A stretch of 64,000 bases of DNA from Paraphysomonas bandaiensis (lineage: Eukaryota > Protista > Chrysophyceae), in NCBI GenBank assembly GCA_965644295.1, contig CBFFRP010000026.1, forward strand, positions 39,571-103,570, in the 5' to 3' direction. A program made the position numbers and the translations under genes. This document shows, piece by piece, positions 39,086 through 52,465 of this stretch. The notes under the pieces are model-generated. The model saw only the letters and a list, made by a program, of their open reading frames with translations. It did no database searches and had not been told where the DNA came from. Every line of letters starts with the position of its first letter. Position 1 is the stretch's first letter.

Positions 39086-39611
39086 CTGAAGGTTGTTCGT
39101 TACAAGATGATGATACGAAAAATATTTATACGTGGCTCCCGTGTCAAGTTGCTGACTCGGAAGAGTATTGCTACAGAGCTGGTGTTTCAATTCTAACTTG
39201 AGTTGCCTGTGGTGCAATTTCCTAAAGGGTATAACGGTTTAAAACTCACAGCTTGATTGCTTGTATAGAAGAAAGTCTGATTATTACATGAGAACTGTTG
39301 TTTACGGAAACTAGTATTAAATCTATAGAATGTCTAAATTGGACTTGCTATGTACTACTACGAAGTGGCGGGCAACCGTCTCAGGACTGCTTGTGCATCG
39401 CTGCGAGCACCATGGTGCAACCGGCTTGATTGCTAGAATTAAAAGTCGAAATGTGAGTACCTGGTGAAATTAGGTTCAGTTGTTTATGCGTTTTGCAATA
39501 ACTAATGTAGTTATTGCCTATTGGTCGTTTTAATAGTTTTGATCGTTAAGAAAAGTATATAGTAATTAAACTGGATATACTCTTTATTATAACTGCTTAC
39601 ACAATTGTGTG

Positions 39612-40973
39612 TGTTGTCATGTAAGACATGTCAACAACATGATAATTTATTTTGTTCATATCAACCACTGCTCAACTTCCGTATCTTGAATCGTCATGAT
39701 ACAATACTTCAGTTTCACAGTTATAGCTATTATATAGTATCTTTGACTACGTATTACTGTTTTTCACATTGTATTTAACGTATTCTACAGTACTATCTTA
39801 GAGAACCATACGTATTCCAACACTCCTCTTCAATGTAGAAACGAGTAGTCGTCATTATAATACAGCTATATATCATGTTATCTAGTCATCTTATAGGATA
39901 AAAATGGATGTGAAATCTTCATTAAAAGATACTATGTACATCACACTTCGCTGTAACACAGTTATGTGGGATTCTTCTGGCTCAGCTCTACTTCATTAGA
40001 GATACTCCTCTTCTCCCCTGTAATCGTTTCTTCGTGGATCTTAAATAGCCTCGAAGATAGCGCTTTCGTGAATATGTCAGCAGCCGTGCCTTTAGTTGAA
40101 TCATGTATTAGGCTGGCTGTTGGGAACTTAGCATTGACGTGTTCCCGTGCCCAGTGATACTGTTATCTGTATATGTTTAGATCGTTTATGATACACTGGA
40201 TTTTCCGATAAGTCTTTAGCGCTCTTGCTGTCTATGAATAATGGAGTTTGCTTCTTTAACGATAGTCCTAGCTCTCGTAACACCCCCCGAAACCAGACCA
40301 ATTCTTGCATTGCAGCGTACTCAGCCATATATTCGGACTCCATGCTGGATGTAGCAACCGTGGTTTGTAATTTCGACTGCCATGCAATAGCTCCAGCACA
40401 TAAGAATACAATACATCTCGTAGTCGAACGTCTCGTGAGTATATCACCTGCCCAGTCCGCATCACTGAACACATGTAAATCGAATTTAGTTCCACTGAAT
40501 TTGATCCCTTTATTCGTCGTTCCTCTCAAATATTTCAATAGATGAATTGCTACTACAAGATGCATACGTAGGCTTACTGCTGTATCTCGATAGTAGTCCG
40601 AGGCATAGGCGAGATCTGGTCTTGTGTGGAGTGCGAGATACAGGATTGCTCCAATAATACTACGATACGGAAATTTTGAGACCCAGTCCTACTGTTCTGA
40701 TGTAAGTTCCCGTTCTGCAGCTAGTAGTTCTTGTACATTAGATGGCAACGGAGCTTCCTTATTCTTTCTACTGTTCCCCATGACATATTTGAACTTCTGA
40801 ATCACTTTCTCCGCATACTTTGATTGATCTAATTTGAACCAGTCTTCGCCTCTCGGGATTCGGATATTAAGGAACTCTCGCACTAGCCCATGTCCCTCAT
40901 CTCAAACGTTACTTGTTCTTGACAAAGACTAGGAATTCAAGATCCACAGATGCGATTATGATATCATCTACAT
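39612..40973 (-). mobile_element. Ty1/Copia LTR-retrotransposon 3' remnant (RT C-terminus, RNase H, PPT, probable 3' LTR)
   Basis: VDDIII, LDQSKYAEKV, PYRSIIGAILY..TRPDL, FSDADWAGD..TRRSTT, SSMESEY, NPVYHKRSKHI and ADIFTKAL with frameshifts. Purine tract gaagaggag is followed by TGTTG at 39822, with a candidate ...CAACA LTR end at 39612. Confidence 0.85.
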
Positions 40974-42288
40974 TGTGACCTTTTTAAAATCTTCACATGT
41001 TATACTTGTTTGTTCCGTCACCTGTGATATCCACTCGTCAGTAGCGGTGGTACTGCTATTGAGACAGGGTTGTCATGAAAAAGTGTTGACAGAACTTACT
41101 TGTATGTATGTATTACTGTATATATAATGGTTGTGGAAGGGAACCTGTGACTTCGACTCGCCTCAGTAACGGTGGCGACTGCTATTGAGACAGTGTTGTC
41201 ATGAAAAGATGTGACCTTCACAATCTGCACATGTTGCATCTCGTGTATTCTATGCCCATGTTCTTTTGCTTGCAGTAAAATACATATCTATTATAAAAAT
41301 ACATTAACCATATATATTGTACAGATTAGCATGAAAGATGCTTTGTCATGTTGAAGAGACCTTTACGTCCGCCTGCTGCATGCATTATGTGCATGTGATA
41401 GACACTTATGTAGAATTCTATAGCATATGTGGTATCTTAGTCGCATGTCAACAATTGGTTCACAAAGTGGTGTTGACGTATAGTGGTATATAGTGAGATG
41501 GTATAGTAGTGTATAGTAAGATGGTATGTTTAGTAAGGTGGTATAGAGTGGTGTATAGTTAGATGGTATATGGGTGTATAGTTAGATGGTATAGTGATGT
41601 ATAGTGAGATGGTATATGGGTGTATAGTGAGATGGTATGTATACAACTTGCTAGTGAGGCTTGCACTACAGCTAAAATTAAAATGGTTATTATCTACATA
41701 TAATATAACCGTTAAAACGAAAGAAAATACGTGTACGTGTATTTCAGCACTCGAATCGCACAATATAATACCCCTCTACACAGAATGTAATTTGTAATTA
41801 ATACTGCAGTGATATTAGATATTAGCAATTAGCACTATATTTATTAAGTTATCTATTATTATTTATTAAGTTTGCTTCAGAAAACACTACGATACCTAGA
41901 ACAATATTACGATGGGGTTTTACTCTTTACTTAATTCTAATTTTTTGTGAAGCTTTTATTATTCTTCGTTTGGGGTGAACTTATTATCCTTGTGAAGGGT
42001 GGATTCACCGTCCAAGAAAAGTTCCCGAATGTACTTCAAATGCTCCCGACCTTTCATTAATTGGATCGTCATTACTAACAATCTAGTCACTATTCTAACT
42101 TGTAGTTGAAGTAGTTCAACTTCTACTGCTTTGCCTCGTGCGCATCAAATTCTGCGGTCAAAGGAAGTAGGATATTTTCAATTTACAAAATCACCAAGAA
42201 TATTATCTCGTCAATTACCATAGTTATCTTACCAGAACGAGAAACCAATCAAAACCTGAATTAACAGCTGATGTACTAACATATTACA

Positions 42289-42750
42289 TCACGTTTCCAG
42301 ATTAATCGAATTTCCAAAACGAGCGTAAAGGTCAGTTTTTAAGTCCTTCTGCCTCTGCAATATACGCGACTCTTCTCCACTCAAATTCTCTAACATGGTG
42401 TTCAGTAGCTACTCAACGTATTAAAGGCGCAGTATTTCATTCGCATCGCAGTCATACCTCAGTCTTCTTCTCGCAGTATTCGGTTACAAAATCTTCGTCG
42501 CATTGCACGAACGCTTCTCCCATGAACACCATAAACTCAGGATCAGTCGCCATCATCACTTCAGAAGACGCATCATCTAACTTCTCTATATCCTCTTTAC
42601 TCTGCTTCATATCCGCCCGTATCTCGACGAGCCTGTTGTTCAGTCTACCAAACTCATTGATCTTCTCCTGATCAACCCACCGAACCTACGAGAACATTAC
42701 ACAGATAACAACATAGCTCAACGCACCTCTTGTTCTTCGTCAGAAGTCAT
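42289..42750 (-). CDS. PFDN4: Prefoldin subunit 4, three exons
   Basis: Spliced product MTSDEEQE|VRWVDQEKINEFGRLNNRL...GEAFV...|...LKTDLYARFGNSINLET* matches the PFD4/GIM3 motifs DQxKINxF and LYAKFGxxINLE. Missed by the ORF track. Confidence 0.9.
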
Positions 42751-42880
42751 GTTTCTATTGATCTCCCGCTCTGAGCAATCTGAGCAGTGGAGTGCGATGA
42801 CTGCATTGGACATGAGAACAACAACAAGTCCAACTACAGACACATACATACATACACACTCTGCTGTACATGCACACATA

Positions 42881-43108
42881 CATAGGTACAGGTGTATAGG
42901 TACATATATATGCATAGATACAGGTGTATAGGTACATATATATATACATAGGTACAGGTGTATTGGTACATATATATATACATAGGTACAGGTGTATAGG
43001 TACATATATATATACATAGGTACAGGTGTATAGGTACATATATATATACATAGGTACAGGTGTATAGGTACATATATATATACATAGGTACAGGTGTATA
43101 GGTACATA
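42881..43108. repeat. 34-bp minisatellite between divergent PFD4 and acyl-CoA synthetase genes
   Basis: cataggtacaggtgtataggtacatatatatata x ~6.5. Confidence 0.93.
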
Positions 43109-43168
43109 CATGCAAGATTCGTCGTGGTGATCGCGTAGAGGTATCTGCATTGAGGGCAGTGCTGTAAG

Positions 43169-45411
43169 ATGCGTAGTCGCTATTTGCGCGTGTCCTCCTT
43201 GGTCCCCGTGCATCTCTGTGTCCCCTGTAGATCCACGTCATACGTGTCTGTGTTCTCAGAGAGTGTTAACGATCGAGAGCGCTTCTGGTCGAGAGCCGCT
43301 GACGGTGTGAGTTGGTTCAAACCCTTCAATAAGGTACATGCACACACATGCATAGATGGCGAGGGTGTTGACGGGTGTGTCAGGTGTACGACGGGTCGAA
43401 GAGTCCCTTTGAGAGGTGGTTCGTTGGCGGTGAACTGAACACATGCTACAATGCGATCGATCGTCATGTGGATGGAGGGCTCGGCGACAGAGTTGCTGTT
43501 ATTCACGACAGCCCAGTGACGGACACTGTTACGCATTTGACGTATTCGCAACTGCTGCTCAAAGTTCAGAAGATGTCTGGTGTGCTTGAGTCGATGGGTG
43601 TCTCGAAGGGAGATATGGTAATCATATACCTGCCCATGATTCCGGAAGCATTGATTGCCATGCTAGCTTGTGCTCGAATCGGTGCTACTCACTCAGTGGT
43701 GTTCGGGGGATTCGCTGCACCAGAGCTGGCTGTCCGCATTAGAGACTGTAAACCCAAAGTTTTGCTCACTGCATCATGTGGCATCGACGGTTCCAAAGTC
43801 ATACGATACAAGCCTCTAGTGGACGAGGCCATTGAACTGGCTGCTGATGAGCATAGGGTACATCGCTGTGTGGTTTTGCAGCGCCAACAGCACCCGTGCG
43901 ACCTTATTCCTGGTCGGGACCATGACTGGGAGGAGGAGTTCCGCAAAGCGAGTGCGTTTCAAGAGTGTGTGCCGATGAAATCTGAGGACCCTTTGTATGT
44001 ATTGTACACGTCAGGAACTACAGGTTAGTGTAGCCGGCGTATATATTACTGGTATTATTAAAGTAGTACGTAACTTAGGCCGGCCTAAGGGGGTAGTTCG
44101 AGATACAGGTGGACATGCAGTTGCCCTGCACTGGTCCATGAAGCATGCATTTGGCATGGATTCGGGGGACGTTTGGTGGGCTGCCAGCGACGTTGGATGG
44201 GTAGTGGGACACAGTTTCTCTGTGTATGCACCTCTTTTACGGGCGTGTACTACTATCTTTTACGAGGGAAAACCCGTTGGTACACCGGACGCTTCAGCTT
44301 TCTGGCGAGTAATTGAGCAGCACAAGGTGTGCGGTATGTTCACTGCTCCCACGGCTATACGAGCTATTAGACAACAGGATACTGAAGGAGTCTTGCCAAA
44401 GTCATTCAACATACAGTCATTACGGACTCTCTTTTTGGCGGGCGAAAGAGCGGACTCTGCGACTATTAAGTGGGCCGAGAATCATCTGAATGTGCCAGTG
44501 AGAGATAACTGGTGGCAGACAGAAACAGGCTGGCCCATTTGCGGTAAGTCGTTGTTGTAAACTATACCTCCTTGCTGTATAATTGTACAATTTTACAGCG
44601 AATCTTGTGGGCTTGGAAGGTTATCTTCCTGTTAAGTATGGCAGTGTATACCGGCCATGTCCAGGGTATGATCTCAGAGCACTTGACTCGAACAATAATC
44701 AGTTACCACCCGGGAAACTGGGCCAACTAGCTGTAAAATTGCCTCTTCCACCTGGAACATTACAAACGCTGTATAATAACGATACTGGTTTTTTAAAGTC
44801 TTATATGAGTGACATCCCGGGTTACTACAACACTGGTGATGCTGGAATAATTGACGAGGAGGGGCATGTATATGTGATGACTCGTACTGATGGTAGGTGC
44901 TATGCATGCACATCTAAAGGGTTTATTTTTTATGGGATAGATGTAATAAACGTTGCGGGCCATCGCCTCAGCTCAGGAGCAATGGAAGAGGTTGTAACGC
45001 CCACTGCATACGCCATAATTACGTATGTGATGATGTGTTACGTAGATACTATCAGATCACCCAGACATTGCTGAGGCTGTGGTAATTGGTGTGAAAGATC
45101 CACTAAAAGGTCAGGTGCCACTTGGATTGGCCGTTATGAACGAGAATGCGACGGGAACACCAGATAGCATTGAAAGTGCTGTTGTTCAGATGGTTCGCGA
45201 TAGAATCGGAGCTGTGGCTTGCTTTAAACGGCTGATCATTGTCAATAGGTTTCCGAAAACTCGGTCAGGAAAAATTACTCGGAATGTACTCAGGTTAATT
45301 GCTGATGGAATGGAATACTCAATTCCTGCCACTGTGGACGACCCTAGTGTATATGATGATATCAAACGTATTCTAGCTGTAGAAAAGGAAAAGTATGTCG
45401 ACATACAATAA
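43169..45411 (+). CDS. Propionyl-CoA/acetyl-CoA synthetase (ACSS3/PrpE-like), possibly mitochondrial, multi-exon
   Basis: WFVGGELNTCYNAIDRH, CARIGATHSVVFGGF, LYTSGTTGRPKG, SDVGWVVGHS, DNWWQTETG, YYNTGDAG, RTDDVINVAGHRLS, PKTRSGKI; Arg/Ser-rich N-terminus. Confidence 0.93.
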
Positions 45412-46378
45412 TTGCTACTTATGCACGGTGTGTGTAAGTGTTGGTGTGTCCTTGCTTATCATACACTTTCTCATCACTGTGTATCTTTCTGGCTTGCAAG
45501 AGTTCTAGTTTGCCAGCCTTTTCAGATCCAAGTGATCATTTTTTCCACTTGTGCTTCAAATCACGAGATAATTGTTGCCACATGTGTGGTTTACAGTTAA
45601 TTGCAATCATATAATCGAATTGCACACCTTTCTCTTTTGTCTATTTCTTAACATGCTACTCATATTAGTGTAAAGAAGAAGAAATGCCGACTATGAACCT
45701 ATGACATTCCCTGTCGAGTTGACCTGCGTATGATATGGTACACATTGTGCAATTACTAAGTAAAACCCAATCATGGCTACGAGTTGGTCATGAGAGATTG
45801 ACACCAAAGAAACATGCTTGTTCAGTCTTCTTTGTCGCTCACCAGCTACCCCCTGCTGGTCAATATTTTTAACGCTTTGTTAAAACATGCTGACAAAAAT
45901 ATAGTAATATTATAATATATAGAGTTGTAGCCCTCCAGGTCAACGTACAACTTCAATGGTAAAGCTGAGGAGTCTGATTCGAGGTTAAATTGCATTTGGT
46001 AGCACTGTATATTATCCGCTTCCAACAAAACAGATACGGATATAGATTTAGAATATGGTTATAGATAAATTGTAATTTTCAACGCATACATTGGTACAGT
46101 TTGAACTAACTATATCATCTTATATGTTCTAAGTTCTAAGTACTAAGTACGTGTTTGGTACTGAGTATGATAGGTTATCATTTTCAATTGGTTTTCCCCT
46201 CGGAGTTGCACCTTTTCGTAATGTTCTGGGGGATAAGTACTGGAGATTTTTCTCCGAAAAACTAACGTGAGCCGCGTATATAGCCAGCAGATAAGTTTCT
46301 GCCCACTTATAGCCAAATTATGTGGCACACGGGACACCAATACGTGTCACTTGTGTAGACGTCTTAGGACCTAAGGCT

Positions 46379-46770
46379 ATATGTTGAACGGAGTGGATAC
46401 TCTAGTATAAGATAGGTGTAACGTGACGTGTATTGGTTGTGTGATGGATATAATATGTTGCACTGAGTGAGTACTCGAGTATAAGATATGTGTGACGTGT
46501 ATTGGTTGAGTGGTGGACATGTTGAACTGAGCGAATACTTGAATATAAGATATGTGTGACGTTACGTGTATTGGTTATATGCGATGCCTATATGTTGTAC
46601 AGTTATTCTGCTATGTATGTTCTCTCGTTGAGCTGAGTGAATACTCTAGTATGCTCAGGTTTTACCGCCGAGCGATAGTAATGTATGGCTTGTATTGGTT
46701 GAGTGATGGATATATTGAACGTAGTGAATACTCTAGCATAGGATTTGTGTGACGCGACGTGTATCGGCGT
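46379..46770. repeat. Degenerate ~65-70-bp tandem repeat (~5 units)
   Basis: Recurrent atgttgaactgagtgaatactctagtataagatatgtgtgacg...tgtattggttg. Confidence 0.7.
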
Positions 46771-47064
46771 TTTATGATGGCTATTAGTAGTAGTATTAGG
46801 GCATACAACGTAGTTACTGGTTAAAGGAAACGTGCTGTTGGTGTGTCCTATAGGACCTAAATATTAATAAAAATAATTATTAGCACTATACTATTGCATT
46901 CAAGCACTTTTAGAACCATTCTACAACAATTCTTAAAAGTCTAGTAAAATCTACTAGAACTTCCCAAATTTTTGAAAATTTCCCACGTTTGCATATTGTT
47001 TACTTCTTGTCGAATAAACAGGCATACGGGGTATTGGTATGTCTGCTGAATTCAAACATCCGGT

Positions 47065-47410
47065 CTGTTCTCCTTATTAAGGACTCGAAATCCTGAAGTC
47101 AGCAGATGTCACGTATATCAGTGGTTGCACTTTGTTGGTGCTTTCGTAGCGCCAGACAGTAGGATAAATAACAGAGTTAAGCATTAAGCACTAGTTAGTT
47201 AAGTTGTTTCGCCTAATTAGTTCTGACTCTTACACGCCTATTGCTAATAAGAAGACATTCACTACAGGTATATTATCAACATTTGCTTTGAGTGATAGAG
47301 TGAAAGTGGTTACACCTTGGTGCTTGCGGTGACGCACATGCAGCTTTCGTAGCGTTAACTGGTAGGATATCAGACTCTAAAGCGCCTATTGCTAATAATA
47401 TGACGTTCAC
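47065..47410 (-). mobile_element. Rearranged copy of MITE family A
   Basis: Reverse-complement similarity to 12668-12928 (aaatcctgaagtcagcagatgtca; gtggttacaccttggtgcttgcggtgacgcac; cctattgctaa). Confidence 0.65.
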
Positions 47411-47939
47411 TACTCAATTGGTTTCCAATTCTCTCTTGTCATGTCGTTTTATTAATAATCGTACGAAGTAAAACTTCTGTTGACAAAAATGTATTTCAGA
47501 CGCATTCATTGGTTCAGCAATATATGGGGACTATGAGCAATTTCCAACACCCGTTAGCAGCAGAGATATTTAGTTGAATAATTATAATTTCTTGGGAGTA
47601 CAATAAGTTCGACGAAGCCAGTTTAAGGTTTACGTACTATAAGGTTAATTTCAGTGACATGCCCAATACAAGTGGAAATTTTCTTCTTAATATTACGCAA
47701 TACGAATGCAAGAAAATTCGCATTGTACAATATAGGCATAGAACGACACTGAGGTTAAGATTACAGATGTTACGTTCACTCTGACCTATTGAATGCCTTA
47801 CTTATTGTACATACACATACATGGCCATCGGCCATATAAGAAAATAATCCATCGTCAGAATAGTTAACTACGAATAACACCATTATTAACTATATACCAT
47901 CAGTGAACAATGCAACTAAACTATTCCCATATTTAATCA

Positions 47940-50900
47940 CTACTTCGGCTGGCTGCGTTGCTTGTGTGATTTTGCTGAGTCGAGACTCTCTTGTGCATCT
48001 CTACACGCCTCCTTCTGAAGTGCTAGCTGGTGTAGAGCGTCCTCCAGCATCTGTGTGAGAAGCTCCACTCGACGCTTATCCTTAATAGCTTGTGGAGCAA
48101 GTGCAGTTTCTCCCCCTGACCAGAACGACATCATGCTGGTTGACTTCTCTCCCACTTTCACCGCTGCCGTTGATGCTGCAGCAGGGGGTGGAGAGGGTGA
48201 ACGCAAGACCTCTGGTTTCGCGAGATCCTCCTGAAAAAAACCGCCATCAGCAATTGCTTGAAAGCACTGTGACACGGAAGCAAGATCCAAGGATGAACGC
48301 CTGGTAGGACGTTTCTTCTTCCCAGGAGAGTTATTTTCTGCATTGGGCTCTGTATTACTTTTAGTAGAGAGTAGCGCCGGACTGGGTAATTCAGTTGGAG
48401 ACACGATATCAGGGTGCTCGTCATCACTGGAGTCCCGGCGAATGCGCTTCTCAGCTGCTGCCATATTGCGACGTATGTTATCAACCGCAGCATCAATGGC
48501 TTTCCCTCGACTCTCAATAGTATCCAGGTCTTCAGTCAACTCAAATATTTTTTGCTTGTTGAACTGGTATACTCCCTCGTCTCCCACTTGGCGCCGCCCC
48601 TTCAATACATCACTACCACCTCCCGCCGCAAGTAAAGCCTGTTTCTTTGCCTCTTCATCTTGGTTGCGACGAGAAATAAAGGCTTGCATAATAAACGCAA
48701 ACAGCAGGGGAATAACTATCATCGCCATCACCATTCGGTACGTGAAGAAGAACAGCATGCTAGGGACTCTCTCAGTATGTGCCGCAGCATCCATTATTAT
48801 ACTCCAGTTGCCCAAGATGGATACCTCGAACAAAGTGTATATGGTCTGCAAAAGGGTATTGAAGTTAAGCAGATGCGTGAAATTGTCTCGCCAGTACGTC
48901 GAGTCATCATCAGCATTTTCGCCAATTTTCTCCTCATTAAATGCGTTACATAGCCTGGTGTGCCCAAAAACACTGAAAAAGTAAATTACCGAGAAAAGCA
49001 AGAAAAACATTCGCAAAACAAGAGGGAATATTGAAATGAACAACTCCGAATCGCGCATGTACTGGAACACGCTAAGGAATCTCAGAACTTGCACCACAAG
49101 AAGAGAGACAAATGCAGGACTGTAGTGATTGTTGTCATCGTCCCCAACTATTATCATCAGTACCAGACTTATCACGTTGATAATCATAATGAATCCGTAT
49201 CCAGTGCGCCGCATATATTTAGGAAACCCCCAAGCATAAATTAACACAATCATTTGTATCCACAGACACGCTTCTAAAAACCACCCCACACGCATCCATT
49301 CGCTGCTATTCCGGTTTCCGGATATCAATACCAGCTGCACTGCGAGCACTACACGAATAGCTCGAAAAAAATCTCGAAATGGTGCGAAGTCTCTGTCCCC
49401 AAGCAGAGGAAGTCGGAATGGAAGCATGTCATCGAAACGGATCGAAAAGTCCACTATGTATCTCATCATTGCCTTCACGGACACCGGTGTAGTGAATTTA
49501 CCACAGTCATCTTCGCCCATGTTGAGAGCAGAGTTTACTGAAGATTTCGTGGACATGCTTGCCGCCACTGGAGCCTCACTAGCAGCATTCATTTCCTGGG
49601 GATGGGACTTGCCTTGTGTGGCTGAGTGTATGAGGTTGAGTGCACCTCCATCTGTAGTTCGAAACACATTTTCCTCCGTAGGAGCAGCTTTCATAGAAGG
49701 GGGGGTCTGGTCCACTTCTCCTGCAGAATCCTTTTTCAGTGGAACAGAGTTAGAAGAGGTATCCCAGTGAAATTGCATAACTCCAATATCGATATCTAGT
49801 GATTCTCGCTGACGGAGTGTACTTTCCAGACGGTTTCCATCCTCTCCAATATTGCTATTGGGGTCTATATCCACTCGAGCGGATATGAGTGCACATAACC
49901 GGAACAGACCTACAGAGTCTATTGTATCTTTGGTCGCATCCATAGCCGTATCTTTCTCACACTCGAGACTAAATAACATGTCTGCAAGCCTCGAGTTGAC
50001 TCTATACTTTCCCTGAATACAGGCGCAGAACCTCATCCAGGCTTCACGGGACACGTATCCATGCCTGTCGGAAAGGTAGTCATGAATGGCCACAAATGCC
50101 TGTCTCCTGTTTCTAAGTTGTCGGTTGAATATACGAGTAGCAAATATCCGGTATTGTCTGTTGCCCACTGCCACAACAAGGTTGGTACACAATAGATCTC
50201 CAAAGAGTAGTAAGGAGACGAAAAATACTCCTGATGCAGCATGTTTATCGAAGTACTCATTCACAACAAAAGCATTCCAGGATCGTGCCGTGAGAGCGTG
50301 GAGGCAAGTCAGTAGGGACTCAGGAAGTGAAACAAAGCGATTATTCTCGTCAGTATCAACTTTTCGAAAAAGAATGAATCCAACATAGCTCCATATTAGT
50401 AGTACGGCAAGATAAAGCATCAAAATATTGATCGACTTGTAGAAAGAAATTAGCAACCCGTGCATTAATTGACGCATGCTATTACGCCGGGAGATGTATA
50501 TAAAAGGAAGCAGTGCACGAGCAAAGCGAATCGGGCGACCAGTGCCAAAGAACACAAGCAAGTCCAATAGTAGAATCGAAGAAGCAATAATGCGGAATAG
50601 AATCCAATTATCCTTGTAAAAAGGGAGGTTTTCGGCGGCTTTCTTCTTGTGGTTATTAATCGACAATCTTAACAATATTTCTAGAATATACGCCAGTACA
50701 CATATGAGCCCGAACATGTTGACAACAAATGGTGACAGATATTTTCCCCCGCCAGAATTAAACATACCCACACTTCTGTCATGTTTCACGTCATTCCACG
50801 GACAGGACGGCTCTTCCAGGAATGGAGAGCAGATATGCATAAAACAAAGAACGGTATATATACCCAAGAACTGCCTGGACTTAATGAACCGATAGCAATG

Positions 50901-51197
50901 TAACTCAAAGGGCGTGTTGGGATAGTCTATCTTCCATCCGAGAACGCCATCATCAAACCTGAACCATAAACACACCCCGTCAATCGACCGCCCCGACGAC
51001 ATACACACACATACATACACATACAGAGGCACTCACCACAGAGCCAGCAGAGAGAACTTGTTCTCCTCAGTGTGCAGGTCTAGTTTAGGGGGTATGTCGA
51101 CCGTGAGCTCATCGTGCATGAGCAGCTCCTCCCACTCATCTTGCAGCTTCCTCAGAGCGGGATCTATGTCCGCATAAGATAGCTCAGGCCTCGACAT
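47940..51197 (-). CDS. Two-pore-channel-like (2x6TM) cation channel
   Basis: Exon 1 from ATG 51197, donor gtgagt at 51036, then a long exon. S1 followed by FLEEPSC; two S5-pore-S6 units (F.SLPESLLTCLHALTARSW; LNFNTLLQTIYTLFEVSILGNW); degenerate EF-hand-like linker. Confidence 0.82.
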
Positions 51198-51490
51198 GTC
51201 ACTCACTATCACCGCATTAACACACCACTAACAGAGATATGTCACACTATACTTATAAGACCACCCGGCTGTATGTGTACTCTGCAGGTCTCATATCTGC
51301 ACTGGATATACCCACCTGCCCATACACTCCACCCAACACACACAGCAGCTCAGACATACCACAACGGTGAACCATATACGGTACATACAACAGTGTGATG
51401 TATATATACCTACGGGCAGCGACACCCACAACTACACTGCATATACAACTGTATAGTTCAACCGACACACCACATCTACATACTCTATAC

Positions 51491-52465
51491 GTATGTACAG
51501 TATGTATGTATGTATGTATGTATGTATGTATGTATGTATGTATGTATGTATGTATGTATGTATGTATGTATGTATGTATGTATGTATGTATGTATGTAGG
51601 TATGTATGTATGTATGTATGTATGTATGTATGTATGTAGGTATGTATGTATGTATGTATGTATGTATGTATGTATGTAGGTATGTATGTATGTATGTATG
51701 TATGTATGTATGTATGTATGTAGGTATGTATGTATGTATGTATGTATGTATGTATGTATGTATGTATGTATGTATGTATGTATGTATGTATGTATGTATG
51801 TATGTATGTATGTATGTATGTATGTATTATGTAGGTAGGTAGGTAGGTAGGTAGGTATGTATGTAGGTATGTATGTATGTATGTATGTATGTATGTAGGT
51901 GTGTATGTATGTATGTAGGTATGTATGTATGTATGTAGGTATGTATGTATGTATGTAGGTATGTATGTATGTATGTAGGTATGTATGTATGTATGTATGT
52001 ATGTATGTATGTATGTAGGTATGTATGTATGTATGTATGTATGTATGTATGTATGTATGTATGTATGTATGTATGTATGTATGTATGTATGTATGTATGT
52101 ATGTATGTATGTATGTATGTATGTATGTATGTATGTATGTATGTAGGTATGTATGTATGTATGTATGTATGTATGTATGTATGTATGTATGTATGTAGGT
52201 ATGTATGTATGTATGTATGTATGTATGTATGTATGTATGTATGTATGTATGTATGTATGTATGTATGTATGTATGTATGTATGTATGTATGTATGTATGT
52301 ATGTATGTATGTATGTATGTATGTATGTATGTATGTATGTATGTATGTATGTATGTATGTATGTATGTATGTATGTATGTATGTATGTATGTATGTATGT
52401 ATGTATGTATGTATGTATGTATGTATGTATGTATGTATGTATGTATGTAGGTATGTATGTAGGTA
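51491..52465. repeat. (TATG)n microsatellite with TAGG interruptions
   Basis: ~975 bp, between the divergent channel and PLAC8 genes. Confidence 0.99.

Noticed and set aside
41030-41640. ~60-bp diverged direct repeat (41030-41220) and low-complexity gtatagtgagatg tract (41478-41640)
   Set aside because: Short, degenerate local duplications with no element ends or coding signal.
48092-50895. Plus-strand ORFs overlapping the channel gene, and similar antisense ORFs over GH31, the lipase and the LINE
   Set aside because: Shadow ORFs opposite well-supported coding regions.
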